In this document: positions 47,267 through 58,011 of the stretch, piece by piece
How positions within the stretch are numbered: position 1 is the first letter of the stretch
Layout of the letters: every line of letters starts with the position of its first letter
Assembly (NCBI GenBank): GCA_044350895.1
Contig: JBILGT010000004.1
Location: 3,829-67,828, forward strand
Direction of reading: 5' to 3'
DNA: 64,000 nucleotides
Origin: Limisphaerales bacterium
GTDB lineage: Bacteria > Patescibacteriota > Microgenomatia > UBA1400 > PJMF01
Translations under genes and position numbers: made by a program
The notes under the pieces: model-generated
What the model saw: only the letters and a program-made list of their open reading frames with translations
What the model was told of the DNA's origin: nothing
Databases searched by the model: none

Positions 47267-47354
47267 CACTATACTCGTTGCCAATTCCTCTAATTTCGAA
47301 AGAAAATTTAATAATTCAATATCTCGATAAACTGTATATATAAGCGCAAGTTGG

Positions 47355-48305
47355 CTAGACTTCTTCTTCTACGTACTCTTCTTGGGTTCTCCATGCAAAG
47401 GTATAGAGTAGCTGTCCTCCACCGAGTAGGAACAGCATGCCAAGCATGAACATAGTGAGTGTTTGATCAAAGCCACTAACAGGCAGTGCACTGGCCGTTG
47501 AGGTCTTAGTTACACAAGTACAGCTTGTGTCACTTGAACAACGTGAATCACGGCATTTACCAGCCATACAGGTTAAGTTTGTGGCACAGTCACGATTTGC
47601 AACACAGTCGCCATTGCAGCTCACTAGTGCTGGTGTCGCGCTTGGAGTTGGTGTTGGTCTAGCACTCGGCGTTGGGGTTGGAGTTGCACTTGGAGTTGGT
47701 GTCGGTGTTGTTGTAGCAGCATTGATTGTTACTGCAAGTGTGCCACGAGGAATTGCCGCGACATCTTCTCCAGTTGTTTTATCAAAGATAGTTGTTTGTG
47801 CAGAGGCAAAGCTGAATGTCGAGACCTGGGCAGTTGCTGCTGAGTCTGCTTTTAGTTTAAATGAAAATAAATCTGTTGGTACTGAATTGGAATATCCTTG
47901 TACAATCACACAACCAAATTCGAGTGTCGCTGTTCCTGAACCAGGAATAAAGGTACTTGTTGGACAGCTCCAGTTCACTAATACAGGGTTTAGTTTAATA
48001 TCGGTAGGATCAACGGTGAGTGGTGCAGTATTGCCAGTATACGTATAGGTTAGTCGTACCCCAACAGCAGAGATTCTGGAGCCTTTTGTATTGAACGTAA
48101 CTGTTGAGGTTCCATTTTCACCTGGTCTAATCGAAAGTGCTGGCTGCTTAAATGCAACTTCTGCAGTACCACCAGGAACTGATGCTTTTGTAGTCGTCTC
48201 TTGTGGCTGATTCATGTACTGCATGAACACAATCACACCAACGAGCAAGGCAATTACACCTAGAACACTCAGAATGACAGCTGGACTCTTTACTGAAAAT
48301 GTCAT
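47355..48305 (-). CDS. Surface protein: cohesin-like domain, PT linker, Cys-rich module, LPxSG plus TM
   Basis: N-terminal TM; ISAVGVRLTY cohesin-like strand; TPTP linker; 8-Cys module; ALPVSG followed by a hydrophobic tail. Confidence 0.65.
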   Translation of the reverse strand: MTFSVKSPAVILSVLGVIALLVGVIVFMQYMNQPQETTTKASVPGGTAEVAFKQPALSIRPGENGTSTVTFNTKGSRISAVGVRLTYTYTGNTAPLTVDPTDIKLNPVLVNWSCPTSTFIPGSGTATLEFGCVIVQGYSNSVPTDLFSFKLKADSAATAQVSTFSFASAQTTIFDKTTGEDVAAIPRGTLAVTINAATTTPTPTPSATPTPTPSARPTPTPSATPALVSCNGDCVANRDCATNLTCMAGKCRDSRCSSDTSCTCVTKTSTASALPVSGFDQTLTMFMLGMLFLLGGGQLLYTFAWRTQEEYVEEEV

Positions 48306-48316
48306 AATGCGTACCA

Positions 48317-48934
48317 CTACTCTGCTGCTTTTGACTCAATCACCAAATCAATAGTCATTGGAGATCCGTCTTTTGTGAAAGCAGTACTAACTGACTGATC
48401 AACGGTGAACTGTAGTTTGGAGCCACCTGTTGATGTATCGATGGTAAATGTTCCTAGAACGAGCGACTCTGATACTGGTCCACCCTCAGGTTTTAAGTTT
48501 ACAAATCCGACTTGCAGTGTAGAACGATTGTTTTCTGTAACAATTGCTGTATTTGTCGCTGCTACCCAGCCTGATGTAGTGAGCTCAGAGTTACTGGTAA
48601 AACTATTTTTTTGTTCTGAACCTGTAACAGTGCCACCATCAATAATAAGTCGTAGTCCAACACTTTGGAGTGTTTCTGAAGTTTCAGCAACCTTTAAGGT
48701 ATATGACTGTTCGTTTCCTGATTTTGTAGCTGTTGGTTGTAATATGAGTGTTAACTTTTTCTCAGGTTGATTATCAGATCCCTGTGAACCATCTGAATCT
48801 ATTGGTATGCCATTTGAATCTACAGCAAGGTTATTTCTAGAGACGACCCATGACCCAAGAAAGACTATTGCAACAACTGCTATAGCGCTAACTATTAAAA
48901 CTTTTTGTTGTTGTAAGGCAGGCATTAAGTTCAT
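48317..48934 (-). CDS. Membrane-anchored cohesin-like protein
   Basis: N-terminal TM; LQSVGLRLII...LVLGTFTI...LQFTVD beta-sandwich pattern. Confidence 0.5.
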   Translation of the reverse strand: MNLMPALQQQKVLIVSAIAVVAIVFLGSWVVSRNNLAVDSNGIPIDSDGSQGSDNQPEKKLTLILQPTATKSGNEQSYTLKVAETSETLQSVGLRLIIDGGTVTGSEQKNSFTSNSELTTSGWVAATNTAIVTENNRSTLQVGFVNLKPEGGPVSESLVLGTFTIDTSTGGSKLQFTVDQSVSTAFTKDGSPMTIDLVIESKAAE

Positions 48935-50676
48935 GGGGTTTCTCCTGGGTATTCAAGTTGATCGAAATTAGTAAGGACGAGGGCAATGTCTTGCAAGTTG
49001 AATGAACCGCTGAAGTCGACATCATATAAACGGTTAGCATCAGTGACAGGGTTTTCAAGCTGTTTGAACTCTGTTAATGCTAGTGCTAGATCGTTTAGTT
49101 TGATGATATTTTTATCAGCACCATCGTTCTTGAAGTCACCGACTGGAAGCACTACATCACTGGTGATGGTCACAGCAGCATTTGGTGTTAAGGTTGTGGT
49201 CCCGATTTTCTTCATCAGTGAAGTTGGTAGTTTGACATAGACTTCAGCATTGGCAATCGCTGCACTTGTTGTTACACCGTCCAATACGAGTGGTGTATCA
49301 GATGCCAGTGTTCCTGTGGCATTTGATAGGTACTCTTTTGTAAACGACTTGGTAACTGGAGTCGTCTGACCTGCTGGAAGATACTTCACTGTTACTGCGG
49401 CAGTCTGTCTAATACCCTCTTTTCGAAGTCCTTGTAGTTTGAACTTAAGATTCAGTGAAGGTGTTCCTGCCTGTGGAGTTGCTGAAGGTGAAGGCTTAGG
49501 TGTAGGTGTTGGAGCTGGATCAGTAGGACAACTACTTGCTGTTAGCACTTCAAATTGATGCCAATCACTTTCAGAACAGTTTACGAATGCATTGCACGAA
49601 GTTTTTGGAAATGGACTGTCAGTACTGTATGCACACTTTGGATTTCCAGAACAACTGATACTTCCTGCCCCAGGTACCATTGCATTAATAGTAACGACAT
49701 ATTTGCCAGGGGTTGGTGAAGTCCAGGTAACAACCTTATCAAGCTGTGCTCCAGTAATTGCTGTAGTTGCAATCTTACACCAGTATCCACTAGTTCCAGC
49801 TGTTCCAGAAATGATTCCAGCTCCTGCTAGACAACTCTCACCCACTGTTCCCATTGTTTCGAGATCGCTGCCATTAGCAGCAACTTTTGAAATGAAGACC
49901 ATGGACTCATTTGCGGCAGGAATACCTGGAGTAGCTTGGGTAGTGAAATTAATTGCTTCGCTAGCTTTAAACTTATTGCCTGCTCCGGCAGCAGTACAAG
50001 TAGCTGATGGCATAGTGATTCGTGCTGTTGGAGTAGTGGATGAACCACTTATGGTGATCAATACTTCACCGGTAACTTGGGCTGCATTTGTGTCTTGACC
50101 AATTACTGCTGCTTGAAGTGTTGCTGCATCATATTTTAGTTTTACTGTACTAGTAGTAGCTTTCAAACCTTTCATTTTGACAGTGGCAATATCACCTTCT
50201 CCATTAAATGCAGAACCTGCTGCACCAGAAGCACCTAGTGTAATTTTAGCTGTTCCATTTGTGTTATCGATTGCAGCAGCTTGGAGAATGACTGGTAGTT
50301 TATCAGTAGGAGTAATACTCACTACTTGGGTAAATTCTGGATTAAAAAGCAGTGAAATAGCAGCTGCAGAAAGCTGCTTGCCATTTGTTTGGACTTTAAC
50401 CGTATTAGTAAACTCTTGGTTAGGAGCTGCAGTTGCAGTCAAGCTACCAAATGCGAAATTAACCATGGTATCTGTTGATGCATCTGACCGCACATCTTGA
50501 TTTTGTTTTTGAGTTATCTGTGCAGTCGTAAGTACTCCAGCAACTGCTACGAGTCCTAATACCAAAAAGAAGATACTCAAAATTGTGGCATTCTTTTTTA
50601 AAAATGGCTTGCGAATCTGTGGAGACTCCTTTTGTGGAGTTTCCTGAGGAGTTGCTGTAGGTGTAACTGTGTTCAT
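48931..50676 (-). CDS. Surface protein: cohesin, Cys-rich domain and C-terminal dockerin
   Basis: NQEFT..V.V...LSAAAISLLFNP...GEGDIATVKMK cohesin pattern; GDFKND...NDLALAL and DVDFSGSFNLQDIALV dockerin repeats. Confidence 0.72.
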   Translation of the reverse strand: MNTVTPTATPQETPQKESPQIRKPFLKKNATILSIFFLVLGLVAVAGVLTTAQITQKQNQDVRSDASTDTMVNFAFGSLTATAAPNQEFTNTVKVQTNGKQLSAAAISLLFNPEFTQVVSITPTDKLPVILQAAAIDNTNGTAKITLGASGAAGSAFNGEGDIATVKMKGLKATTSTVKLKYDAATLQAAVIGQDTNAAQVTGEVLITISGSSTTPTARITMPSATCTAAGAGNKFKASEAINFTTQATPGIPAANESMVFISKVAANGSDLETMGTVGESCLAGAGIISGTAGTSGYWCKIATTAITGAQLDKVVTWTSPTPGKYVVTINAMVPGAGSISCSGNPKCAYSTDSPFPKTSCNAFVNCSESDWHQFEVLTASSCPTDPAPTPTPKPSPSATPQAGTPSLNLKFKLQGLRKEGIRQTAAVTVKYLPAGQTTPVTKSFTKEYLSNATGTLASDTPLVLDGVTTSAAIANAEVYVKLPTSLMKKIGTTTLTPNAAVTITSDVVLPVGDFKNDGADKNIIKLNDLALALTEFKQLENPVTDANRLYDVDFSGSFNLQDIALVLTNFDQLEYPGETP

Positions 50677-50695
50677 ATTTACCTAAAGTATCATT

Positions 50696-51691
50696 CTAAC
50701 TATAATTTCTACCAAAAGCACCAACAAGTTTGTTGTAGTCAAAAATATCTACATCACCATCACCATCAATATCCGCGGGTGTGAAACATTTTGCACCTGC
50801 TTTGCCAAAATCACCCACCATTTTATTGTAATCAAAAATATCTACATCTTTGTCATTATCTAGATCACCAACATTTGTGCCGCCACACTGTAAAGCTGTA
50901 GAAAGATCGGAGAAAATCAAGTTAAATGCCCCTTCTCTGCCCATAAACCAACCAGTATCTGTGACAACCGGCGGAGCCTTTTCAAGCGTATCAAATGCTT
51001 TTATCATTCCATTTTGAGTTGTGTCACTCACTCCAGCGAAACTCACCACCCCACCATTGATATACATTCCAATTTTAGGAACACCGGTACCATTGATATA
51101 TTTTGTCGTGTCAGCTGGAATAAGTGTTTTTATTACTCTGTTTGTCCCACCCTCAAGTATTTCAATTTTTGTGATGGTTACGCCTCGGTCCAAATTTAAG
51201 CCTGGATTCCAGTAGTCATTATGAAATACATATGAAAGTTTGGTATATCGAGTATTAGTGTCATTTGTATATGGCAGGAATGTTAAGTTTGCAGTTGGGA
51301 CGACGAGATCTTTACTAAAGGTGGCTGCAGATACTTCAAATTCTTCAAGGAGTTTTTCTCTATAAATGTTTGGTCTACCACATGATGGTTCTGGGAAAGT
51401 TGGATTTGGATAGTTTGGTTGCAACTGAGTACAGTCTCCATAATCTTGCAGACCATCATAGTTAAACCCATTGTTTAAGTAGACTGCAACTCGTGGCCAA
51501 GGACTTGATGCTGTGCCGTATGGAGGGGTGGGTTCTTGTGCTGGGGTAGCTTGAAAGGTAGTGCGAACAATGACGGTGCCATTTGCGGTTTGAGCGTGTA
51601 CAACAGGTGCACTTACAGCAAAAACACATGCCAAAAAGCACGTCACTTTGAGAATTGTTGTTTGTAAATGCCAACTACTACTTTTTCTCAC
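50696..51691 (-). CDS. Secreted protein with CBM60-like segment and type I dockerin
   Basis: Signal peptide ending VHA; YVFHNDYW...DRGVTITKIEI; GDLDNDKDVDIFDY and ADIDGDGDVDIFDY duplicated Ca-binding loops. Confidence 0.75.
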   Translation of the reverse strand: MRKSSSWHLQTTILKVTCFLACVFAVSAPVVHAQTANGTVIVRTTFQATPAQEPTPPYGTASSPWPRVAVYLNNGFNYDGLQDYGDCTQLQPNYPNPTFPEPSCGRPNIYREKLLEEFEVSAATFSKDLVVPTANLTFLPYTNDTNTRYTKLSYVFHNDYWNPGLNLDRGVTITKIEILEGGTNRVIKTLIPADTTKYINGTGVPKIGMYINGGVVSFAGVSDTTQNGMIKAFDTLEKAPPVVTDTGWFMGREGAFNLIFSDLSTALQCGGTNVGDLDNDKDVDIFDYNKMVGDFGKAGAKCFTPADIDGDGDVDIFDYNKLVGAFGRNYS

Positions 51692-51793
51692 ACTACTTTT
51701 CAGGTAATTTTAAGATTCAAAACTGTACTAACAATAGCACATCAAAAAAAGATAAATCAAGCAGGAGTAGCAAATATACCGGTCGTGGGGCCG

Positions 51794-54541
51794 CTACTCT
51801 TCTTCACTCTCGTCTTTGGTTGTTAACGTCACAGCCACAACACTATCCTTGTCATTCAAGCGCATCAAGATGACACCTTGTGTTGGACGTGTGAGAACAG
51901 GAATAGACTTTGAACTCAGTGGCAACTTAATAGTTTGACCATTTTGGGAAGAGATAACAACTGCTTTGTGCTCTGGTGTTACTTTTCGTGCATCAGCCAC
52001 CATACCAGTACGCTTGGTGATGTCTGAAACTTTGACACCCATACCAGATCTCTTTTGCACTGGATACTGGGTCAACAGAGTTCGCTTACCCATACCATTT
52101 GTGGTGATAACGAGTAAGTGACGACCTTCAATCTTATCTTCACCAGGTGCAATACTTTCAACACCAATCACTACGTCTTTACTGCCAAGTGTAATTCCTT
52201 TGACACCTTTGGTATCACGTTGTGAGGATTTAACTTCTTTTTCAGAGAAACGAATGCTCTTACCTTCTCGACTGATCAACATAATATCATCTTCACCAGA
52301 TGTAACTTTACCCCAGACCAGACGATCTTCGTCGTTGAGCATGATGGCAATAATGCCGTTTTGGCGAATATTGTCATACAGTTTAACAGGAGTCTTCTTG
52401 ACCAAACCTTGTTTTGTGGCAAGTGCGATGAATTTTTCTTTGTCTTTTTCATCATCAATGGCAAGAATAGCCTGCACTTGTTCATCTGACTTCAGATTCA
52501 TTAAGTTAACCATTGCGGTACCTTTTGCTTGGCGTGAAGCATCTGGAATTTCAAAAGCTTTCATTCTAAAAACACGGCCTTGATTGGTGAAGAACAGTAA
52601 CGTGTCATGGGTATTGGCGGTAACGATAGACTGCAACATGTCTTCAGTCTTCATCTTGAGACCGATGGAACCTTTGCCTCCGCGTGATTGTGAGCGGAAC
52701 GCTGTTGGATTCAGTCGTTTCACATAACCACTCGCTGTCAAAGTAATAACAGTTGCTTCATTTGGCACCAAGTCTTCTTCACTGAACTCTCCCACTTTTC
52801 CTTTGATGAGTTTTGTTTTGCGCTCATCGCCATATTGGGTGATGAGTTCTTCAACTTCATCAGTGAGAACTTTCAGGATGGAACTTGGATGCTGTAAAAG
52901 TTTGATTAACGAAATAATTGTCTTTTGAATCGTATTGTACTCATCTTCAATCTTTTGACGCTCGAGTGCGGCCAAGCGTTTGAGCTGCATTTCGAGAATT
53001 GCTGTGGCTTGTATTTCGGAAAGTCCGAATTTTTCCATCAGTTTTGTTCGTGCTGTGTCCGTGTCTGGTGAACGGCGAATTGTCTCGATTACTTCATCCA
53101 AATTATTGAGTGCAATTAATAATCCTTCCAAAATATGGGCGCGATTACGAGCTTCGACCAGCTCATACTGACTCCGTTTGACTATAATTATTTGGCGGTG
53201 AGCTATGTACTCCATCAAAATCTGCCGAATATTGAGCAATTGAGGGGTTCCTTCACTGGTGAGGGCAACCATATTTATTGGGAATGTTGTTTGCAGTTCT
53301 GAGTATTTGAAGAGCAAATTAAGTACAACTTTAGGCCGTGCATCGCGCTTTAATTCAATAGTAATCTGCATTCCACTGCGATCTGAGTCATCATTGAGGT
53401 CTTTAATACCTTCAATTTTCTTATCTTTCACCAGATCAGCAATTTTCATCAGCAATCGAGACTTGTTTACTTGGTATGGAAGTTCTGTAACGAGGATCTT
53501 ATTTTCCTCAATACTTGTTTTGGCACGAGTGACTACTCTTCCCTTGCCTGTTCGATATGCTTCTTTTATTTCGTTGAAATCATAAATAATACCGCCAGTT
53601 GGGAAATCAGGACCATTGACGATCTGCATGATGTCTTCAATAGTGGCTTCTGTCTGGAATGTACCGGCAATATCTTTGGCTTCTAAGGCAAGGAGCTCAT
53701 CAATGATGCGGTTCTGCTCTGCAATTTCTGCAGTGCGGTTTTTGTCCTTAGGATCAATACCTTCTTCTGATTTTTCGTAGATACTTTTGATGAGATCAAC
53801 TTTACGATCTACGGTACCTTTTTGCACCATCATCACCACTGCCTGACAAATTTCGGTAAGGTTGTGTGGTGGGATCTTGGTGGCCATACCAACAGCGATA
53901 CCTTCAGAACCCATTAACAGTAGATTAGGCAACTTGGCTGGTAAGACAGTAGGTTCTTGGAGTGAACCATCAAAGTTATCAGTAAATGGAACAGTGTTTT
54001 TATCAAGGTCACTTAATAATTCAGAAGAAATCTTGGCGAGACGAGCTTCGGTGTACCGCATTGCTGCTGGACTATCACCGTCAACTGAACCAAAGTTTCC
54101 TTGACCATCAATCAGTGGATACCGCATCGTGAAGTCTTGTGCCAACCGGACAAGCGCGCCATATACTGGAGCATCTCCATGAGGATGATACTTACCAAGC
54201 ACGTTACCAACAGTTGTAGCAGATTTTTTGTATGGACCAGTATGATGTGTGCCAGATTTGTACATGGCATACAAAATACGGCGATGCACTGGCTTTAACC
54301 CGTCACGAACGTCTGGTAGTGCACGAGCAACGATAACACTCATGGCATAGTCAAGGTAGCTTTTACGCATTTCTTGAACAATGGAGATGTGCTTCATCTT
54401 GCCATAGCGAGTTTCTTCGATGGTTCCCACTTTGGATTCAATCACCTGTTCAACGGCTTCTGGAGCAGCTTCAGTGTCTACAGCACCATCCTCAATAATG
54501 GTTTCGTCATCTGCTGGTGGTTTAAGTTCGTCATCTGCCAT
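51794..54541 (-). CDS. gyrA: DNA gyrase subunit A
   Basis: [29 protein letters not shown], GyrA-box QSRGGKG and pinwheel repeats. Confidence 0.97.
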   Translation of the reverse strand: MADDELKPPADDETIIEDGAVDTEAAPEAVEQVIESKVGTIEETRYGKMKHISIVQEMRKSYLDYAMSVIVARALPDVRDGLKPVHRRILYAMYKSGTHHTGPYKKSATTVGNVLGKYHPHGDAPVYGALVRLAQDFTMRYPLIDGQGNFGSVDGDSPAAMRYTEARLAKISSELLSDLDKNTVPFTDNFDGSLQEPTVLPAKLPNLLLMGSEGIAVGMATKIPPHNLTEICQAVVMMVQKGTVDRKVDLIKSIYEKSEEGIDPKDKNRTAEIAEQNRIIDELLALEAKDIAGTFQTEATIEDIMQIVNGPDFPTGGIIYDFNEIKEAYRTGKGRVVTRAKTSIEENKILVTELPYQVNKSRLLMKIADLVKDKKIEGIKDLNDDSDRSGMQITIELKRDARPKVVLNLLFKYSELQTTFPINMVALTSEGTPQLLNIRQILMEYIAHRQIIIVKRSQYELVEARNRAHILEGLLIALNNLDEVIETIRRSPDTDTARTKLMEKFGLSEIQATAILEMQLKRLAALERQKIEDEYNTIQKTIISLIKLLQHPSSILKVLTDEVEELITQYGDERKTKLIKGKVGEFSEEDLVPNEATVITLTASGYVKRLNPTAFRSQSRGGKGSIGLKMKTEDMLQSIVTANTHDTLLFFTNQGRVFRMKAFEIPDASRQAKGTAMVNLMNLKSDEQVQAILAIDDEKDKEKFIALATKQGLVKKTPVKLYDNIRQNGIIAIMLNDEDRLVWGKVTSGEDDIMLISREGKSIRFSEKEVKSSQRDTKGVKGITLGSKDVVIGVESIAPGEDKIEGRHLLVITTNGMGKRTLLTQYPVQKRSGMGVKVSDITKRTGMVADARKVTPEHKAVVISSQNGQTIKLPLSSKSIPVLTRPTQGVILMRLNDKDSVVAVTLTTKDESEEE

Positions 54542-54570
54542 AAAAATACTTTTCTATAGAATCATCTCAA

Positions 54571-55128
54571 CTACTTTTTGTCGTGTCCGCATTCACAATC
54601 TCCGCCACAGCATGATTCTTCTTCTGCTTCAGTTTCTTCTGCAAAGCGTTTGACGCCAGCTTCTAAAACCGCTTCAGCTGCCTTGGCATCTTTCCAGTCT
54701 TTCAATTTAACCCATTTTCCTTCTTCGAGATCTTTGTAGTGCTCAAAAAAGTGTTTGATAGCGCGTTTTCTTGGCTCAGGAATATCTGACATGGATTCCC
54801 ATGCTCCACAAATTGGGTCAATTTTTGTCTTAGCTGGGACACAGATGATTTTGTGATCAACACCTTCTTCATCTTCCATCTCAAGCATACCAATAACTTT
54901 ACACTTGATAACAACACCAGGGACAACTGGGGCAGAAATGAATACCAATGCATCTAAGGCATCGCCGTCTTCGCCAGCAGTTTCACCAATCAAACCGTAG
55001 TTGACTGGGTAACTGAAAGCCGTTGGCATCAACCGGTCGACGGTCATTTCACCTGTTTCTTCGTCAAGTTCATACTTAACGTTTGAACCTTCAGGGATTT
55101 CGATAAGAACTTTAACTGTATCGGACAT
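54571..55128 (-). CDS. ppa: Family I inorganic pyrophosphatase
   Basis: IEIP, KYE, DR, YPVNYG, DGDALD and HFFEHYKDLE. Confidence 0.95.
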   Translation of the reverse strand: MSDTVKVLIEIPEGSNVKYELDEETGEMTVDRLMPTAFSYPVNYGLIGETAGEDGDALDALVFISAPVVPGVVIKCKVIGMLEMEDEEGVDHKIICVPAKTKIDPICGAWESMSDIPEPRKRAIKHFFEHYKDLEEGKWVKLKDWKDAKAAEAVLEAGVKRFAEETEAEEESCCGGDCECGHDKK

Positions 55129-55156
55129 ATTGTCTCCTTTGTACTATTTTGTAACT

Positions 55157-57190
55157 TTATACATCCAACACAGCATATTGTGCCTGTGTTTGGATAAATT
55201 TCTTACGTGGGGCAACTTCGTCACCCATTAAAATATCGAATGTTTTGTCAGCAGCCTCAGCATCATCAATTGTGACTTTTTTCAGAATTCTAGTCTTTGG
55301 ATTCATGGTTGTTTCCCAGAGCTGTTCTGCATTCATTTCTCCCAAACCTTTATAGCGTTGCACACCAATCACAGCTTTGGGACTGCGAGCTTTGATGGCA
55401 TTGACCAGTTCATCACGTTCAGTCTCACCATATGCATACTTCTCTTCTTGTTTACCAGCAGAAACTTTGAAGAGTGGTGGCATCGCGATATACAAATAGC
55501 CGTTTTCGACCAGTTTAGGCAGGTGTCTAAAAAAGAAGGTTAAACCAAGCGTTGTAATATGCTCTCCGTCAACGTCAGCGTCATTCATGAGAATAATGCG
55601 GTGATAGCGAAGTTTGTTGGGGTTGAATGTTTCACCAATGCCTGCGCCAAGTGCAATAACCAGGTTTTTGAGTTCTTCAAAAGCAACGATTTTATCAAGG
55701 CGAGCTCGTTCAGTGTTTAAGATTTTTCCCCGGAGTGGGAAGATAGCCTGGAACTTGCGATCTCTCCCCTGCTTTGCGGTACCACCTGCTGAGTCACCCT
55801 CAACGATGTAAATTTCACACTCATCAGCATTTTTACTCTGACAGTCAGCTAGTTTACCAGGCAAGGTACTACCTTCGAAGACACCTTTACGGATGACGGC
55901 TTCTTTGGCTGCGCGAGCCGCCAGGCGAGCGCGAGCAGATAACATGACTTTATCAATAATGGTGCGACCAGCTTTTGGATTTTCCTCTAAGAACGTATCA
56001 AAGTGATTTTTGAAGACTGCATACACAGCAGATTGTGCCTCGGAGTTATTTAACTTTGTCTTTGTCTGAGATTCAAACTGGAGGTCATTGGATGGCATTT
56101 TGACGAAAACAACAGCTGCCATTCCCTCTTTTATATCTTCAGCGGTAAAGTTCTCATTATCACGAAGTAACTTATTCTTATCTGCATAGTCACGCAGTGT
56201 TTTACCCAACGCCATGCGGAAGCCATTAACGTGTGCACCACCATCTGGGGTGTGGATTACGTTAACGTAAGATTCAAGACGCTCAAAGTATGAATCATTG
56301 TACTGAAGTGAAATTTCCATGCCAATTTTTTTGCCAGTGTTCTCATCAGTCCACGTATCCTGACAGTAAAATACGTCATGGAGTGCTTTCTTGTCCATGT
56401 TGATGTGTTCCACCAGTGAGCGAACGCCACCTTCAAAGTAGTAGTGTTCTTCTGTGCCTTCAAAACCATCATGCAGTTGAAAGTAGATACCTGCCATGAG
56501 GTAGGCACGGTCTTTGATGACTTGTTGTAATGTTTTATGGCTGAACTTGGTGGTAGAAAAGATTGTTGGATCTGGAATGAACTTTAAAGCTGTTCCATTT
56601 TCATACGTTATGAACTGTTTTGATTGTTCTGGAAATAGTTTGAGTACTTCTGCTTCTTTGATAACTTTAACGGGAGCTTGTGGCTTACCTTCACTGTAAT
56701 ATTGGTAGTGATACTTGCCATCACGCTTCACAATTACTTCTAATAGTGTTGAAAGTGCGTTGACTGCTGAAGAACCAACTCCGTGTAGTCCACCGGAAGC
56801 TTGATAGGCAGTTTCTTCAAATTTTCCACCTGCGTGCAGCTTGGTCAGCACTACTTCAAGTGCAGAAACACCTGACGCATGCATATCAACTGGAATACCG
56901 CGACCATTATCGACAACTGTAATTGATTCTTCACCGAGTTTGATTGAATCATCACCAAGTAAAGCTTTTTCTCGATCACCAACGGGAGCATGAAACAGCT
57001 GAATGGTCTTTCCAAAGCCAGCGATTGCTTCGTCAACAGCATTATCGAGAATTTCTTTTGCTAAGTGATGTAGTCCGCGTTGATCGGTTGAACCGATATA
57101 CATACCAGGTCGTTTACGAACTGGTTCAAGCCCTTCTAAGACCTTGATTTCGGCTGCACCGTAGTGATTTGGCTGATTTGAGTTTGGCAT
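55157..57190 (-). CDS. gyrB: DNA gyrase subunit B
   Basis: VRKRPGMYIG, DNGRGIP, GGLHGVG, EGDSAGG, PLRGK, DADVDG and YKGLGEM. Confidence 0.97.
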   Translation of the reverse strand: MPNSNQPNHYGAAEIKVLEGLEPVRKRPGMYIGSTDQRGLHHLAKEILDNAVDEAIAGFGKTIQLFHAPVGDREKALLGDDSIKLGEESITVVDNGRGIPVDMHASGVSALEVVLTKLHAGGKFEETAYQASGGLHGVGSSAVNALSTLLEVIVKRDGKYHYQYYSEGKPQAPVKVIKEAEVLKLFPEQSKQFITYENGTALKFIPDPTIFSTTKFSHKTLQQVIKDRAYLMAGIYFQLHDGFEGTEEHYYFEGGVRSLVEHINMDKKALHDVFYCQDTWTDENTGKKIGMEISLQYNDSYFERLESYVNVIHTPDGGAHVNGFRMALGKTLRDYADKNKLLRDNENFTAEDIKEGMAAVVFVKMPSNDLQFESQTKTKLNNSEAQSAVYAVFKNHFDTFLEENPKAGRTIIDKVMLSARARLAARAAKEAVIRKGVFEGSTLPGKLADCQSKNADECEIYIVEGDSAGGTAKQGRDRKFQAIFPLRGKILNTERARLDKIVAFEELKNLVIALGAGIGETFNPNKLRYHRIILMNDADVDGEHITTLGLTFFFRHLPKLVENGYLYIAMPPLFKVSAGKQEEKYAYGETERDELVNAIKARSPKAVIGVQRYKGLGEMNAEQLWETTMNPKTRILKKVTIDDAEAADKTFDILMGDEVAPRKKFIQTQAQYAVLDV

Positions 57191-57250
57191 AACAATGACG
57201 AATTTTTATACCATAAACGCTTTAACAAAACCAGCAGGAATTGGCAATTA

Positions 57251-57985
57251 CTATGTAGAAAGCTGCCCTTTAATTTCAAAAAAACAGTGCTCAAGCACTA
57301 ATTTGGTGCTGCAATTCTGTTCAATTTGTTGACCTGCGAGCAGTAAGACTTTAATTTGTTGCGCATATAGTGTGTTTGTCGGTTCTGCTGTCAGTTCACT
57401 GTGGAGCAATCGCACAAGTGACTGTACAACTTCCAATGCTTGCGGACGTTCGGAGTATTCTTGGGCAAGTTCGATCAATTCTCTTCGGGAAGAAGTTTGT
57501 ATTTTAGAATATGTATTTCTATACAAAGATATATCAAAATCGTTGTTTTCTGTATCATTTAAAACTGCTTGTTCGATACTGCAGCGGGACTGAATAGTGT
57601 CTAGTATTCGTTCGATATTGGCAGTTGTTAAAAATATAGCTGTTTGTGCAGGAGGCTCCTCTAAAAGTTTAAGTAATGCATTCTGTGCAGGGATTGTAGC
57701 CAGATCTGCATGATAGATACAAACATATCTGACTTCTCCACCGTATGTGCCATAGGTAAGCTCAGCTGTGAGGTCTCTAATTGTATCAATTGATATGTTT
57801 GTTCTATTTTGATTTATTGCTGTATATTTAGATATATTAAAATTTAAAGATTGATTCACCAATCCTTTTTCAGGTAGCACCCCATTTAGCAGTGTTTCTT
57901 CATGATTGCTAAATGGTGACAGAATGACAATAGTAGGTTGGAAGAAGGTAGATAAGTTATTGGTTGTCGTGCTGTTCATTTTCAT
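57251..57985 (-). CDS. holB: DNA polymerase III delta-prime-like subunit (short)
   Basis: ISIDTIR, AQNALLKLLEEPP and ILDTIQSRC. Confidence 0.8.
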   Translation of the reverse strand: MKMNSTTTNNLSTFFQPTIVILSPFSNHEETLLNGVLPEKGLVNQSLNFNISKYTAINQNRTNISIDTIRDLTAELTYGTYGGEVRYVCIYHADLATIPAQNALLKLLEEPPAQTAIFLTTANIERILDTIQSRCSIEQAVLNDTENNDFDISLYRNTYSKIQTSSRRELIELAQEYSERPQALEVVQSLVRLLHSELTAEPTNTLYAQQIKVLLLAGQQIEQNCSTKLVLEHCFFEIKGQLST

Positions 57986-58011
57986 CTATAGTTTATACCA
58001 GCTAGTAATTT

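Noticed and set aside
47620-47720. Tandem GGTGTT/GGAGTT-like repeats (also 11615-11720 and 49470-49520)
   Set aside because: They encode Pro/Thr linkers of surface proteins and are not independent DNA repeats.
53640-53830. Intein in GyrA (and in DnaB)
   Set aside because: The insert is too short and lacks C/S...HN splice motifs; DnaB is normal length.
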